Source of the DNA: Podarcis pityusensis
Lineage: Eukaryota
DNA length: 64,000 nt
Reading direction: 5' to 3' (one strand)
Assembly (NCBI GenBank): GCA_964106645.2
Contig: OZ067047.1
The notes under the pieces are model-generated. The model worked only from the letters and a program-made list of their open reading frames with translations, was not told the origin of the DNA and did no database searches. Within the stretch, counting starts at the first letter, position 1. Every line of letters starts with the position of its first letter. Shown here piece after piece: positions 49,056-62,563 of the stretch. The position numbers and the translations under genes were made by a program.

Positions 49056-49220
49056 CCCTATTTTTCTGTGCATAAAACTAGTTTCCCCCCTAAAAAATAA
49101 CTTTAAAATTTTGGGGGCGTCTTATACATAGATACATCTCCCCCCATTTTCTTAAATCGGAGTTCCCCCAAATAGGGGACTTCTTATACATGAGGGCGTC
49201 TTATAGACGGAAAAATACAG
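49056..49220. mobile_element. Tc1/mariner (pogo/Tc2-like) MITE
   Basis: Ends TA-CCCTATTTTTCTGTGCATAA / TTATAGACGGAAAAATACAG-TA; internal GGGCGTCTTATA repeats. Confidence 0.8.
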
Positions 49221-51616
49221 TAATTTTTCAGGGTCATTACGGCATACTGTGAAATAGGTACAATTACAATAAGGTATATATGTGCACATCATTTACGCTT
49301 ATTACAAACAGCTACTCCCATTAGTCCAATATATGTTAATGTATAATTAAACCAGGAATAGCTAACCTGTGACCATCCCTGACCAATTCTAGGAGCTAGA
49401 ATTCAAAGCATCTGAAGGGCCACTTGTTAGCCATTCACAAGTTAAAACAATAATTGTGGATACTTCATGTACAAAGCATGTAGTGCAAATGATTTTGCAA
49501 CGGTACACATTTTTGCACTTTCAGGAATCACTCCTGTGTCTGAGTAAACAAGAAAAATGCAGTGTGCTTGAAAGGGAACTTATGAATATTATCTGTGGAT
49601 AGATCCCTGATCATGAATATTCATGTTGAAATTTCAGAGATCACGGGTCACATTAAAGCAGAAAAATATGGGAGCTGCTTCTTTACATATAACAATGCCC
49701 ATGTTGTAGTGTACCCAACCCAAAGGCTCAGAAAGACTCCTGTACCTGGAGGAACAGCCAAAGCATAAGTGAACCAGTTGAAAAGCATAAAGACTTGACT
49801 AAAATATAACTGTTTATTAAATATAATTTCTTTGATAAAGAAAGCATTCATGCCAAACTAACCGCAGTGCAGCTTGATAAATCATGACCTAGAAAGTTGT
49901 GAGTAATCACCAGAAACATGGGCTCCCCCCTCATCCCCCCCTCACTGGCATGCCAATTCTGGTTGGTTTAAACTACAGTTTTCCTTTATGTAAGAGGGAA
50001 CTGTGGTTTAGTGTCACTTTACTATGGTTTGAATAGATTTATGGTTCTGGTTAGGGAACAGACATTAGACCACAGGAGGCAAAGGGAGGGGGGTATGCTA
50101 TGGTCTAGCAAGAAGGGAATGTATGTCTGAACTGGCCCAATGACACCTACATGCCAGTTTTATGATTTGCAACAACAGCAGATACTAAGAGCTACCAGAG
50201 CACCCATATTTGTATTGTCTATGCCTTGCATTCTTTGGCTGTTGTGGTGGAAGAGCCAAAGGGAGTGTGAAACTGGAGCACATATGGTGGAAGTAGAAGG
50301 AGTCATGATGAGAAAAAGTTGCAGAAAATCATAATGGAACCATTTTCATTATGCAAGAAAGAAGCACTTTATGATACAAGGTTAAACAATGAATGAGTGC
50401 AGCATAGCTAAAACATTGTAATTTGCTACTTAGGCAATGTGGTTAGCTATACTATACTCAAAGATTTACTACGGACAGTGGAGTAAGTTGGATAATTTGC
50501 ACGGCACCAGAGGGGATGGATGCAAAAAAAAAGATGCATTTAGCAACATTTGAACTATAATACTTGGATGACTGTTGTTAAAGGTACAGGTAATGCGTTC
50601 TATGCAGTATTTGAGGAAAAAGTAAAAACAAACAAACACACACATTAAAATCTTAATATGCATTTTGCAATGGATACCTAACAAGAAAGTTGTTTATATA
50701 TTACATGACTATGATATATTCCCATTTGCAAAATGCAGATTTAAAAACCTCCTCAATTTCAAAGACCGCACCGGTTACAGAGCACCGTGACAGCTCAAGT
50801 AAATTGTAGCATATATAGCCTGGACTACTAGGAAAGTCTGACAAAAATCTAAGAAAGCAGACCTGGCTAAGAGTCAGGAGTCATGCTTATTATATAGAAG
50901 TCCCAGGGGTATCTTTCAATCAGAGGTCACAATCGAGGCAACAGAAGCAGTGTCACGATATCAGAGAAAGGGCCAATTCAGACCTGCTCCCTGACAGTCA
51001 CTGAGGTCAGGGCTTGCGGCAAATCATTGTATTACAAGAGAATATTCCCTGTACACTTTTAGAGCTGTCATCTGAACAAACAAGGCCAGGTCATCTGTAG
51101 GTTAAACAAGAAACCTTTGCTGACAGCATAAACCATATATTCTCTTTAATTCCTTTTTAATTTTCTTACCTGCATCATACATTTTAAAATGAATATTCTT
51201 TGTTTCCACTTTGACACAAGCTGACAATTCAAAATATATATGAATTTGTGATTCATTTATTCACCCTAGTAAGAAATATTTCCTTACTATAATGGACTGT
51301 TCACCATCGGCACAATTGTTAGGCAACTATTTAAAAAGAAACGTGTATCTGCAGTTAAGGTCTTAATGATGTGGAGGAAAAAGGACAATAAACATGGTTG
51401 ATATTCAATATATTTTGCGATGGACCTCATTGACAGTTGGCCTGATGTAGCACAAACAATCCAGATATGGAAGCAGGGTTCTGCACACAGAACTGGATCT
51501 GATACTCTGCATCTGGGATCAGATACCCTCATATTTGGAAAGCTGTGCTAGACAGGTTAAACCCTGTCATATGATGATTCACATTGGACCAGGGTCCATG
51601 TGTGCATCTCCCAACA

Positions 51617-51725
51617 CAGGGATGGGAAACCTGTGGCCCTCTGTAACCGTTGGCCATGCTGGCTATGGCTGAGAAGAGACGGATTCCAAAAAACATCTAG
51701 GAGGGCCACAAGTTCCCCATCCCTG
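51617..51725. mobile_element. Short hAT-type MITE
   Basis: TIR CAGGGATGGGAAACCTGTGGCCCTC / GAGGGCCACAAGTTCCCCATCCCTG. Confidence 0.8.
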
Positions 51726-53786
51726 CCGTAACAAACAGATAGTACACACTAAGGGTTGAAAGTGCTTATCACGAGATTGGAGAGGCAAAGTGATTTCATG
51801 TCTTCCTTATCCTTCCCACCCTTAAACATGCAATGGATGTCAAAGCTGACCTTGCTAGTGCCCTGCTTTGTTCGGTTTTTTTTGTTATTTATCTATTTAT
51901 TTTGCTTTTAGATTGCCCTTATATTGACCCCAAAGGACCTTAGATAAGTATACAAATTACAGCAACAATTATGTTAAACCACAATTAAAATATAACAGGC
52001 AATCAATGAAAAGGGTTCAGCAGCAGAAGTTGCACCTTTTATTTGCATATTCTTATGTTGAAGATCTGTAGATAGTGGCCATAAAGGCTGTTCAGGTGCA
52101 AATGAACTAGTTGATTTGGCATGACTTCCTAGTAGTTTGCAGACTGCACATGTTAATAGTTTCCGATGCGAAGAATTTTAATTTGGGAAGTGTATGTTAG
52201 ATATAATACATGCACTAGCACTTATTAGAGAAATGTCAAGGGGTTATACTGCTGTACAATCCCATTATTAAATATCTGAATCATTTGTAACCATGCCTAC
52301 AATTTCTCATAAAAGTTTCTAAATCTAGCGTACTTACTTTCTATTTGTGCAGATTAACTGAAAAGTGTAAAAGGTATATGGCTTTGTTCCTTTTATTTAA
52401 TAGCACCACATTTTCAATATCTAGGCTTCAATTTTGCAATCTTCTCACAGTGTTTTGTTTAAAATAACATTTCACATCATCAAAAGGAATTATAATATGT
52501 GGGTGTTCCACAACTTTATTAGTTACAAAAAGAAAGAGCATTAGCTTGTGTTCAATATTAAAAACTATGTCAAAAGGAAACCACCTTTTGGGAATGCTGG
52601 AGCTCTCTGACCTCATTAGGACAATCAGTCCTTCATAATGCTACAGTTACCATCCAGGGGATAGAAAAATCAGAACTTGCAGTCAATCACATTATGATAT
52701 GCCCATATAAGGATTGTCCATGTCCTAATCCATTCACTTAACATTATTGTAGGTACTAAGGCAGGAGCATATTAAGAGGTAAGGTAGGAGGACTACATAG
52801 GAGGATTGTTCTAGCAAAAGAGATCATGATTGGGTCATGTAAAGACATGGCATCTAGTACCCAAACATGAGCCACACTGGATGCATTCCCTGACAGATGG
52901 TCAGCTGACTATTCGCTGTACATATGTGTTTGAACAGATGATTAGCACTACGAAAATAGAAAATGCTGACGATGTTTGACCACTGCTGAATACAAAGATG
53001 TTCCAGTTTATGCAAAATGCAAGGATGTGTCAATTTAGGCATATTGGAGGAAGTTAAGCGTTCTTAAGTGGGAGGCAGACATTTCTTTCTGTATTGCATG
53101 GTCACAGGGTAAGTGTATCTAAAACAGACCACAGACCAAGTCAGTGGGATGATAAATGACACAACCTCAGCAGCAGCAACATGTTAATGGCAGCAATAAG
53201 ATCTCAATAATATATGAACTGTTTGAGAATTTGTACACACCAACATGTGTTTGCGAAATATATTTTCATCATTTATATCCTGTCCATCTGCCAACACTTT
53301 CTACGTGAAATAATTAAGGTTTACACACAAGAATATAGCTTTCCCTTCTAGATTGATTTAGTGCAGCAACCACATCATAGTTCTATATCCACAATCTCCA
53401 ATGCAGATTAAAATTCTCATTCCACACAACCATGCTTCACACAGTGCAGATTAAAAGAGTGTGGGAAGTTCCACTTTTAAACTACTGTTTAGCTACCTTC
53501 TTTATGAATGCCAAATAATAGTTAATATGAATGCTAGGGTTACCAATCTACTATTGGGAACTATATGTCTTTCTTAAATATGAATGTATATTTGGGGCCA
53601 AACTTGACAAGACACCATTCACATAATTAGCAACTGGGTGTGAATAGTTTTAAAAAGTAAATAGCAGACATGACCCTCACCCCCATGTGTTGGTGTGGGT
53701 GGTAATGAGAATTTAACCCACTGCTCCTGCTACAGTCCCATCCATGGGCCCTACATGTCTGCTATTTGTGTCCTATTTTTACCACA

Positions 53787-53930
53787 GATGATGGTTGGAC
53801 AGTGTTCTCGAAGCTACCAACATGAGTTTGACCAAACTGCGGGAGGCAGTGGAAGACAGGAGTGCCTGGCATGCTCTGGTCCATGGGGTCACAAAGAGTT
53901 GGACATGACTAAATGACTAAACAACAACAA
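53787..53930 (+). mobile_element. BovB LINE 3' fragment
   Basis: Matches the last ~145 nt of the 47701 copy; (CAA)n tail; 8-bp TSD TTACCACA (53779-53786, 53931-53938). Confidence 0.92.
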
Positions 53931-55786
53931 TTACCACAAACAGGAGCTTTTCTTCCAAAACAAACAGTAGGCACAGGTTTCCAATCCAGACTAGATCAGA
54001 GTAAAGAAAAGTGGTTAAGCAACCTCATTCCATGCAATAGGATGATGGTCTGGATTAGGACCTGTGCCTCACCATTCAAAGAATTGCTAACTGCATGAAT
54101 GATGTCCCGTCTACTTTGGCCCTCAGTTTTCTAGCTGGAGTTTCCATAACTGACCTTTATGTGTGAAAAAAGGACTTGAAATAACTAATTAAAGCATTTC
54201 TTCATTCACTGAGACTGTGCAGAGTGCAGGAAGAAAGACAATGAATGAGCTGAGGAAAAATACAGTGACATTTGTATTTGTATTTAAGAAAAACTTAAGA
54301 ATTTGTATTTAAGAAGTCTAAGCATTATAACACTTTATTCAATCTTTCTTGCCAAACACCCTATCCTTCCTCATCTGCCCTCTGCACATTCTCCCCTGAG
54401 CCAAACCTATTTGAATTTAAGTTGTTACTAAAATTATCTGTCTTTTGCACTCTAAGACCTAGGTCACAACCTTATTTAGGGGCAGGAAATAGTTATCAGG
54501 TCACCGACTGGTCAGATGAAAAGGATTCGAAATGCTTCAGCACTCAGCGATTTATTTCTCCAAATGACTGCCTTATGGAGTATAAAATATTTTAACATTC
54601 TTCCTTCCCTTCCATCTATTCTTTGTGTGGGGGTATGGAAAAATCACTGAACTTCATACCATGAGGAACAAATCGGTGAAAAAGGAAGTACATTCAAAAC
54701 AATCAAAATCAAATCTTTTGTATTGCCTGATCTACAATGTTTGTTTAAATTTTAAAATTGTGATCTGTAGTGGCAGGGAAAACCACATACACTCCTACCA
54801 ATGAACATAGCAGCTTGTTTACTGAAAAATAAAAAAGCATGATTCATTTTTTTAAATGCAACTTCTGGCTTAAGTATACTTAGGATTGCAGGCGACTGAT
54901 TAAGAAAGTTCCACTGGACCTAGTGGGTGACCTCAAATGCTGCCATTCTGTTTGATCCAGTAGACCTCTACTAGTATATGAGAAGAGTAGGCAGAAAGCT
55001 TTCTGCTTTCTGCTACAGTCTCCTCCCCACACTTCAAAATAAGCTCCAGACAATTGGGAAACTGTCTGGAACACCATAGAATAGTATAGAGGGCTGCATT
55101 AGAAATTGACAAAAAACGCCTTCCCTTGTAGGCACTTCTGATGGATCAAAAAACATTCTGCAAGTGGAATGGCAACACTGGATTTACTTCTGAGTAAGCA
55201 TGCCCAATCTTGCATTTGATGGTGGAGCCATTACAAAATGCAGAAGTATGCAGTGCTGATAGAAGTGCTCACTCAGTGGACATTACTACACCTGAAAGCA
55301 GTCTTTGTCTTAGCTTGACTGATATGCTACTATAATTAAGATAGATAATCTGATTTAACTAATCTTATGAATCCTCCCAGACACAATTTTGCAAGTCGAT
55401 CCTGGGACAATGAGAGGTACCATCTTTATACTGCTCATGCACCTGAAAACCAAGTACCACATTATAAAATAAGAGGTATGGGAGCATTCCCCAAGTCTGA
55501 TATCTGAAAACGTAATATAGAAAGGTACATGTGAACAATACTGTGACTTCTCTGAGACTGCTGAGAGAATAAGACCTACTAAATTTATATATTCCTGTAA
55601 ATATGAAAACAATTAGGCTGCATGTGCCATCCCTTATTCTCAAACATGGAAGTACTTCTGTGTCACTAGCCAGTAACATAGGAAAGAACTATAGAAGGCA
55701 AATTTATTTTGGTTTTGAATTAAAAAACTAAATATCATAATACTAACAAGGAAGAACCAACCAATTCATCGTCTAACTATAGCGTG

Positions 55787-55787
<1 letters not shown>

Positions 55788-55826
<39 letters not shown>
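55788..55826. repeat. (TCTA)n microsatellite
   Basis: Directly visible. Confidence 0.97.
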
Positions 55827-58449
55827 ATCTTTCTGCATAGGAAGACATTCCATTTCCAACAAGACTTTTAAGCAGATATCTTTCCCAGTCTACATCTGTA
55901 TTAGCATTGTTTTTTGCAGGCTCAGTGCAGTCAAATTGCAACTTCTACTTCCTATATTTGTTGCAGTCACCCTTTCTTCTTGGTCTTCCATTAGCCTCTA
56001 TAGTACTTTGAGAGCCTTGGGTCAGCCCTTTCTCTCCCCCATATTTACCTTTTGCCCAAGTTTCACCCCTGACACACTGTAACAGACTTTTTATGACTTA
56101 TGACTTCATTTCTCTTATGGGCTGGTTGGAGGTGCTGCACAGCCTAAGACATTTAGTTGTCCTTCCCTCTTTGAGGAAAGTGGATCCTGCCCATGAGAGC
56201 AACGAAGTGCAAAGGTCATTGAGGTCTGCAGGCACCTAACAACACACAGGAGTCCATAAGCTTCACTGAGCTGATCAGAGTGGGGGGGAGTGTTTAAGAA
56301 TGAAAATGCTTTTGCAAGAAACCTAGTAATCCTAAGGCTGCAGTACTAAGATCACTAACTGCATCACCGGTAAAGATAATAAATGGTCCCCTAAAATTTT
56401 AAACAACCAGGCACAACTACCTGTTTTATAGACAAATGTGTGAGACTCCAAAACAGAGAGCCTTAAATTACAAGCATTAGCATGTAGGGCTTCACAAACA
56501 TTTTTGAGGTTAAAAAGGGGTCCTCATACACCTAAAGGTTGGGAACCATTGTATTAGAGCGCTGATTAAAATAACTTTTTCCTCAAATCACAATACAGTT
56601 TTATACTATTACCTCTAGCATACCATGATGACATTTCATCCCTTCACTTTGAACTTGGTGCTTAAACTACACTTCTATTCTCTAATAGTAGCTATCTGAA
56701 TATATATTTATTATTCACGGCCAGATTAGAAAATCAGGCACAGATTTTATTTTTAAATTTTGTTTTAAACAATGAGAAAGCAGACAACTTCGACTATGTA
56801 ACTGAAGCTCCAGTGTGTGCAGTGTATGGACCCTGCTGTCTTACAACTTTTGAGAGCACTGCTGTTGTGAACTGGGTTTGCACTTTGCCAGCAAGGCAGC
56901 TCTGACCCATGGAGAGCACTCCTTCAGATCAACACTGCCTCAGGCTTTGCTGCGTTCTCCAAGAAGTCTTACATTTCAGGCATCAAGTTGAATTTCTTCT
57001 GGAGATGATTAACCCAAACCCATGACAGATTTTTTCCAAGATATCTAACTCCTTATGTTTATTTTATCCTGGCTCTTTTTGGATGTACTGGACACAAGTA
57101 GCCTACTCATTTTACATGTTAAAGGGCTGGTGGAGAGCCATTAATTCCTTAAAATGAGAAAATATTTCAATGTGCAGGGCTCTGTTGTGTGAGCTCACAC
57201 TAGATAATAAGAAACAAAGCTACAGGACTGTGATTCTTGAGTAAAAGATTCCCTTCTGTCTTGGAAGGTTTCTTTAAAAACACTTTTCATCACATTCCGA
57301 GGCACAGCTCTTAAACCTTATAGAAATGCTGCCACTGCAATATTATAAATGGCCAGTTTTATGCAATTTGGCACACAGATCTGGAATCAACAAAGAATGC
57401 ATTTCTTGCAGTTTCCAGTAGCTAATTGTACGTTATAGATTTTGTGAACCATCTCTAAGTAAAATTAGATTTTGAAGATTCAAAAACAAGTTCTGCTTTT
57501 GGAGGAGATAAAATAATAGTTTAGGAAGTCTAGTTATTAATGTCTGAAAACAATAACTGAAAGTAGACATAATGTGTAATATCCAATGCCAGACATACTT
57601 GAAGCTAACAGACATAACTAACATAGGTTCATTGATTTCAATGGGTCTTCCCTGAGTATAACTTAGTTGGATACAACCTAATATCTTTATTTGCTCTTTG
57701 AAGTGATACCAATGATACTTTTATAAAATGATGCTTATTGATTTATAAAAGACACAAAACCAATATGGCTATATATTACTTTCAAATCCCATGAATAAGT
57801 GTTACTGGGGTCATGCTCTAAAAATACAAAATGAAACAAAAGACTAACATCCAAAGATAATGTAAAATCAAGGCTAGTGATACTTTTTGTCTTTCCATAT
57901 TTTAAAAAATCAACCATAGCATTCTTTGAAAAAGTCCAAAGATACTGATATTTATATTGTAAATCCAACAAGAGTGCTTAGAATTCTAGCCTCAGCCAAT
58001 GTTATTAGAAAGAGAGAAGGTAGATTGGAGCCCTAAATTCAAGAGAAACTCAAACTGTTTCATGAAAAGAAAGGGTGAACCGCACTAATCTCAGACATGT
58101 GGGGGTTGGTTTTGCTTCCTTAGAGGTATAAGATAGTTTATCTGAGCTTTTGCATGTTGCAGGGCTGACCTTTGGCACTAACACAGGACCAGAAAGCTTT
58201 AGCTCAAATAAATATCACAGAAAAAATGCTAAAAACAGTGGCCTAGCTCTTTTAAGATGTTACAAAATATCCAATAATATTTTAAAGGGCACAAGCTCCT
58301 TTCATCTGATTTAGAGATTCAGTAAAACATGAGAATGGTCCAATGGTCTACATTTAGAAGATGCCACCATATGTACATATCAGGCAGAAGGTTCAGGCAA
58401 AACAAAAAGTCAAGACTTTTGGCAGTATTCTTATCTTGCCAGTCCAATG

Positions 58450-58967
58450 CAGGGGTTCCCAAATGGTGGTCTGCAAACCACCAAGAGATTCATTCAGCTA
58501 GTCTGAGTCCACATTAAATATTTATATTGTTTTTTAATTGTACTGTTATTGCTTCTTTTATTTCTTATATTGATTTTAAATTATATTCTATGGAATTCAA
58601 ATTGTAATACTATAAAATGCAATACAGGGAAAAAAAAGAAGCAATAAAAATAACATTTAGCACACATATTACAATTGCTACAACAGTTTATATTCATGAG
58701 AACAATCATACTACCTATATACCCATATATTGTATTGTACCACAGTTTCAAGCACTTTTCTCTTTCGTTTTGTTTTAACTTCTCTCCACCCTTTTCACTT
58801 TCTCTCCTGAAAATTTTCAATAAAATATAAATATTTAAACAAGCAATTGCTGCAACAGTAAGTAAGTAAGTAAGTAAATAAATAAATAAATAAATAAGTA
58901 AATGGTCTTCCAAAACCCTCAGCAATCTTCAAGTGGTCCACGTGGGGAAAAAGTTCTGGAACCACTG
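58450..58967. mobile_element. Non-autonomous hAT transposon (518 bp, AT-rich interior)
   Basis: Ends CAGGGGTTCCCAAA / TTCTGGAACCACTG; 8-bp TSD GTCCAATG / CTCCAATG (7/8). Confidence 0.85.
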
Positions 58968-59003
58968 CTCCAATGCCTTCAGCTTCTGGAGAAAGTTCTA
59001 GGA

Positions 59004-59139
59004 TGGGCTTCCTCATCCTCGGCCCTCCAGTTGTTTTGAGACTACAATTCCCATCATCCCTGACCACTGGTCCTGCTAGCTAGGGATCATGGGAGTTGTA
59101 GGCCAAAAAACATCTGGAGGCTGAGGTTGAGGAAGCCTG
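59004..59139. mobile_element. Palindromic hAT-type MITE, same internal sequence as the 12966 copy
   Basis: Shared core CCCATCATCCCTGACCACTGGTCCTG; perfect 8-bp TSD TTCTAGGA. Confidence 0.9.
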
Positions 59140-59364
59140 TTCTAGGATCTACATGCCCACTGTCCTGGGTAGATCACTATAAGAAATCCTAAGCTCAAGT
59201 CTGCTTCAAGTCTTCAATCCGTATCTTGTACTTAAGATCACTGGGTGCAAATGTACTAAGGATTCCACTCTTTTTTAATTTTTAGGTAGCTTCTTCTTAC
59301 TGGCAATATGGGCAGTTGTTGGTATTTCTGTCTAAAGAGCAAGATTCATGTCTTGCCAAGGAGT

Positions 59365-59535
59365 TATCATAGACTCGTAGGATTTCGGAGTTGGAATGGT
59401 TCCCAAGGGTCATCTTGTCAACCCCCTGCAGTGCAGGAATCACAGCTAAAGAATGCCTGGCAGATGGTCATCCACGCTCTATTGAAAAACCTCTAAAGAA
59501 GGAGTGCTCACCACCTTCTGAAGGAGTCTGTTTTG
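59365..59535 (-). mobile_element. CR1 LINE 3' fragment
   Basis: Reverse complement of a CR1 3' end (CATAG...GAGTTGGAA...TCAACCCCCTGCA). Confidence 0.7.
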
Positions 59536-62176
59536 CTGTTAAACTGCAAACAAAGCAAATGGGTTTCTTGCTCTTGATTTTGTTCTGTTGTATCTTGAAC
59601 CTAAGGCACTGTGATTGTCTTAACAAGAAAGTGCAGTATAAGCCATCCTTTGCCAACCAGGTGCTCTCTAGATGCCAGGGGCTGATGGGAGCTGCAGGCC
59701 AAAACATCTGGAGGGTGCCAGTTGGCAGGAGGCTAGTATAAGTAAATAAACTAAATTCAAGGTCAGCTAAATGTTTGGGAATGGACACGTAGCCTATCCT
59801 TTGGTCTGATCCAGCAGGACAGATCTGTTGTTCTTAAAAGCTCGGATGTGAAAAACAAAAACAATCAAGCAAAAACTTTGTTAGAGCAATGCAGTGCTGC
59901 TGCAGATGTAATCCTAAAAACCACATGTAAGCAGAAGTCTGCCTGTGGAAGACAGTGCAGTCATTAACAGGTTAGATGTTTTGAAAATACGAATGTTGAA
60001 ATTCTTAGAATACCAAGCAAACTGTGGTCCCCCAGGAAAATGATTATATTTTCTGATCAGGAGGCTAAATATTTGCATAGTTCAACTTAAAAGCAAGAGA
60101 GATTAAAATATATGCATAGCATACAACTGCCAAAACATCAACTTGTTTATTTATTACCATTTTATCCTTCTTTTCTTCAACGGAGCTCAGAGTATAAAGC
60201 ATGGTTTTTCATCTGAAGCCAGGTTTGATTTCCTCAAGAACTGGAACAGCTGGTATATCAGCCTAAGCTGAGTAAAGGCTCTTCTGGCCCACCTACCAAC
60301 CGGTAATTCAGATGTAAAGCTGAATCCAGGAGTTTGCTCGAGCAACAAACCTGATTTTTCAAGCCAACTAAGGCAGGTTGAATCCCTACTCCAGGGTAGC
60401 TCTCTCCTGACCAGAAGCACATCCATTATCCGAAGTGAGCTTCAATTTGTTAGTCCTCATCCAGCCCAATACCACCCCATCATGGGTACAGAACCATAAC
60501 CATAACAGCCTGCTTCATATTAGATGAAAGGAGAAATAGAACTGTGGACAATGTAGACAATGAACAACATGGGGGATAGAATTGATATTTGAGGGGCACC
60601 ATACACCAATGGCACACTGAACAGGAATCCTCCAACAGTACCTTCTGGGGGAAAAGACCAGAATCACTGCAAAACATCTCTGTCAGTCAGTCCAGAAGGA
60701 TATCATGGTCAGTGGTCTTGAATGAGAGCAAGAGAACCTACCAGGACTTATTCCCCCTCTTAAGTTCCCAGCTTGGATTGTCTACCAAGGCAACCAAAGC
60801 TGTTTCAGTTCAAAACCAGGCCAGAAGTGGAATTCAAAAATAGATTGTTTCCCCCCCCCCCCATGTGTGTCTGTGAACTTGAATCACCCAAATTCCCATT
60901 TTTTGTTGGGTTTGCATGCTTTTATACTGCTACTTTATTTATTTTAGATTGTACATTTATTTTTATGATATTGTTTGTTTTTATACTGTACATCACTTAG
61001 ATATAGAATATCCAGTGGCTTTTATATCTTTAAAGGTACCGTATATTTGTGCCATGTGTCAATGATACCAAGTTTAGCTGTGGGTCTTGTACTGGCAATG
61101 AATGGAGTTAAATATCAGATGGGGCAGTAACAGTGCTGGTGAAATGGTAAACTGCAATGTTCCATCATATGAGATCAGTACGAACCTGGTATTATGGTAA
61201 AAGCATGCCGTTCCCATAATTAATATTATCTGCACAACATTTTGCACTACACCCCATATGGCAGTTTTGCTGGCTTACCATACACATTGAAACAGCTTTA
61301 GCTGAATCAATGTGAGGTCAAGACTGTGAAAGTATGACTTGGCATCTATCTCTAGCTGTTAGTGAGCCACTGGTGCATTGTTTCAAGTACTATCTGTGCT
61401 GTTACAGTAGACGGCTGGGATTTGTCAGAAATTCTTTGTGTAGATCTTCACAGAAAATTCATTTCTATAACTGTTGGTTGCAATGTGCTTCTCATTACGA
61501 TGATTATCCTCCCCTATTCTAACAAATGTAAAAAAGATGCAGTACATGACATATTTGTGGTGCATTTTCATATCCAGCAACATCAAAGTCTGATTACGTA
61601 TATAATGCATATGTATACACATAGTTATTAGTTAAACAGTAGGCTCTCATACATGTAATTGACATTATATACTGAATAAGTATTCCCCAAAAAATTAGCC
61701 CTCTTTGCTGATGGAGTCACTACTGACCCCAAAGGACTATACTAAAGTTGTAAAACCTTTTCTCTTCACTTCTGCTACTTTATGCTCCATATATTCTCCA
61801 ACAATAAAGGAGTTGATCCTTCCATTGTGTTTCAATCTTGCCTATCCAGAATAAGCTTTTTTATTTTTTAAAAATAATTACGTTTATTTTAAATATTTAT
61901 ATCCAGCTTCTAAAAAAACAGAACAACCAGTGGTCTACATACAAGTTAAAGGAATAAAATATAAAAATTAAAAAGATCACTCATCGAGAATGCCTGGGTG
62001 AATAAAAAAGTTTTCATCTGCCACCAGCAAGCTATAGATGCAGCACCAGGGATTCCAAAGAGAGACAATGGAAAAGGCCTCATCTCTGGTCACCATCACT
62101 GACCTCACATTTGAAAGAAAAGGAGGAAGGGAAGTACTTTGGAAATGAAAATTCTATTTCCTTGCATAATACAATG

Positions 62177-62563
62177 GGCCAGTTTACACTTCAAAGTAGG
62201 CCAAATTATAGTGAACTGTGAACGAATGAACAGTGGAAAAATTGCTGCTACTTATGCTGCTGCCATGCTTCCTGGAATGCAGCTATAGTTCACCTTAGTG
62301 ACAAGCAAACCTAGGCTCACCATTTGTCTCCCTCAGGCAAAATATGAATGATAACCAAGAATTACAACTCATGGTTTGATGTGGTTTGACAAACCACAAG
62401 CCCACATTCAGACGTAATGCTAAGCCAAACCATGGTTTAGCTCCAGGCAGCGTGACAGCAGCAGGACTTGGGGAGGAGTGAAGGAGTAATGCTTCTGAAT
62501 CTGAGTACTCACACACTCACTCTTTCATAATAAACCATGGTTTGGCTTAGTGTAAATCAGACC
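62177..62563. mobile_element. Degenerate MITE with internal AAACCATGGTTT palindromes
   Basis: Ends GGCCAGTTTACACT / AGTGTAAATCAGACC; repeated AAACCATGGTTT. Confidence 0.55.

Noticed and set aside
51120-51230. Minus-strand donor-like GCAG|GTAAGA at ~51170 as another LRRIQ1 exon
   Set aside because: No convincing acceptor and no LRRIQ1-like peptide recognised.
51493-51533. ~21-bp imperfect tandem duplication
   Set aside because: Two copies only, no functional context.
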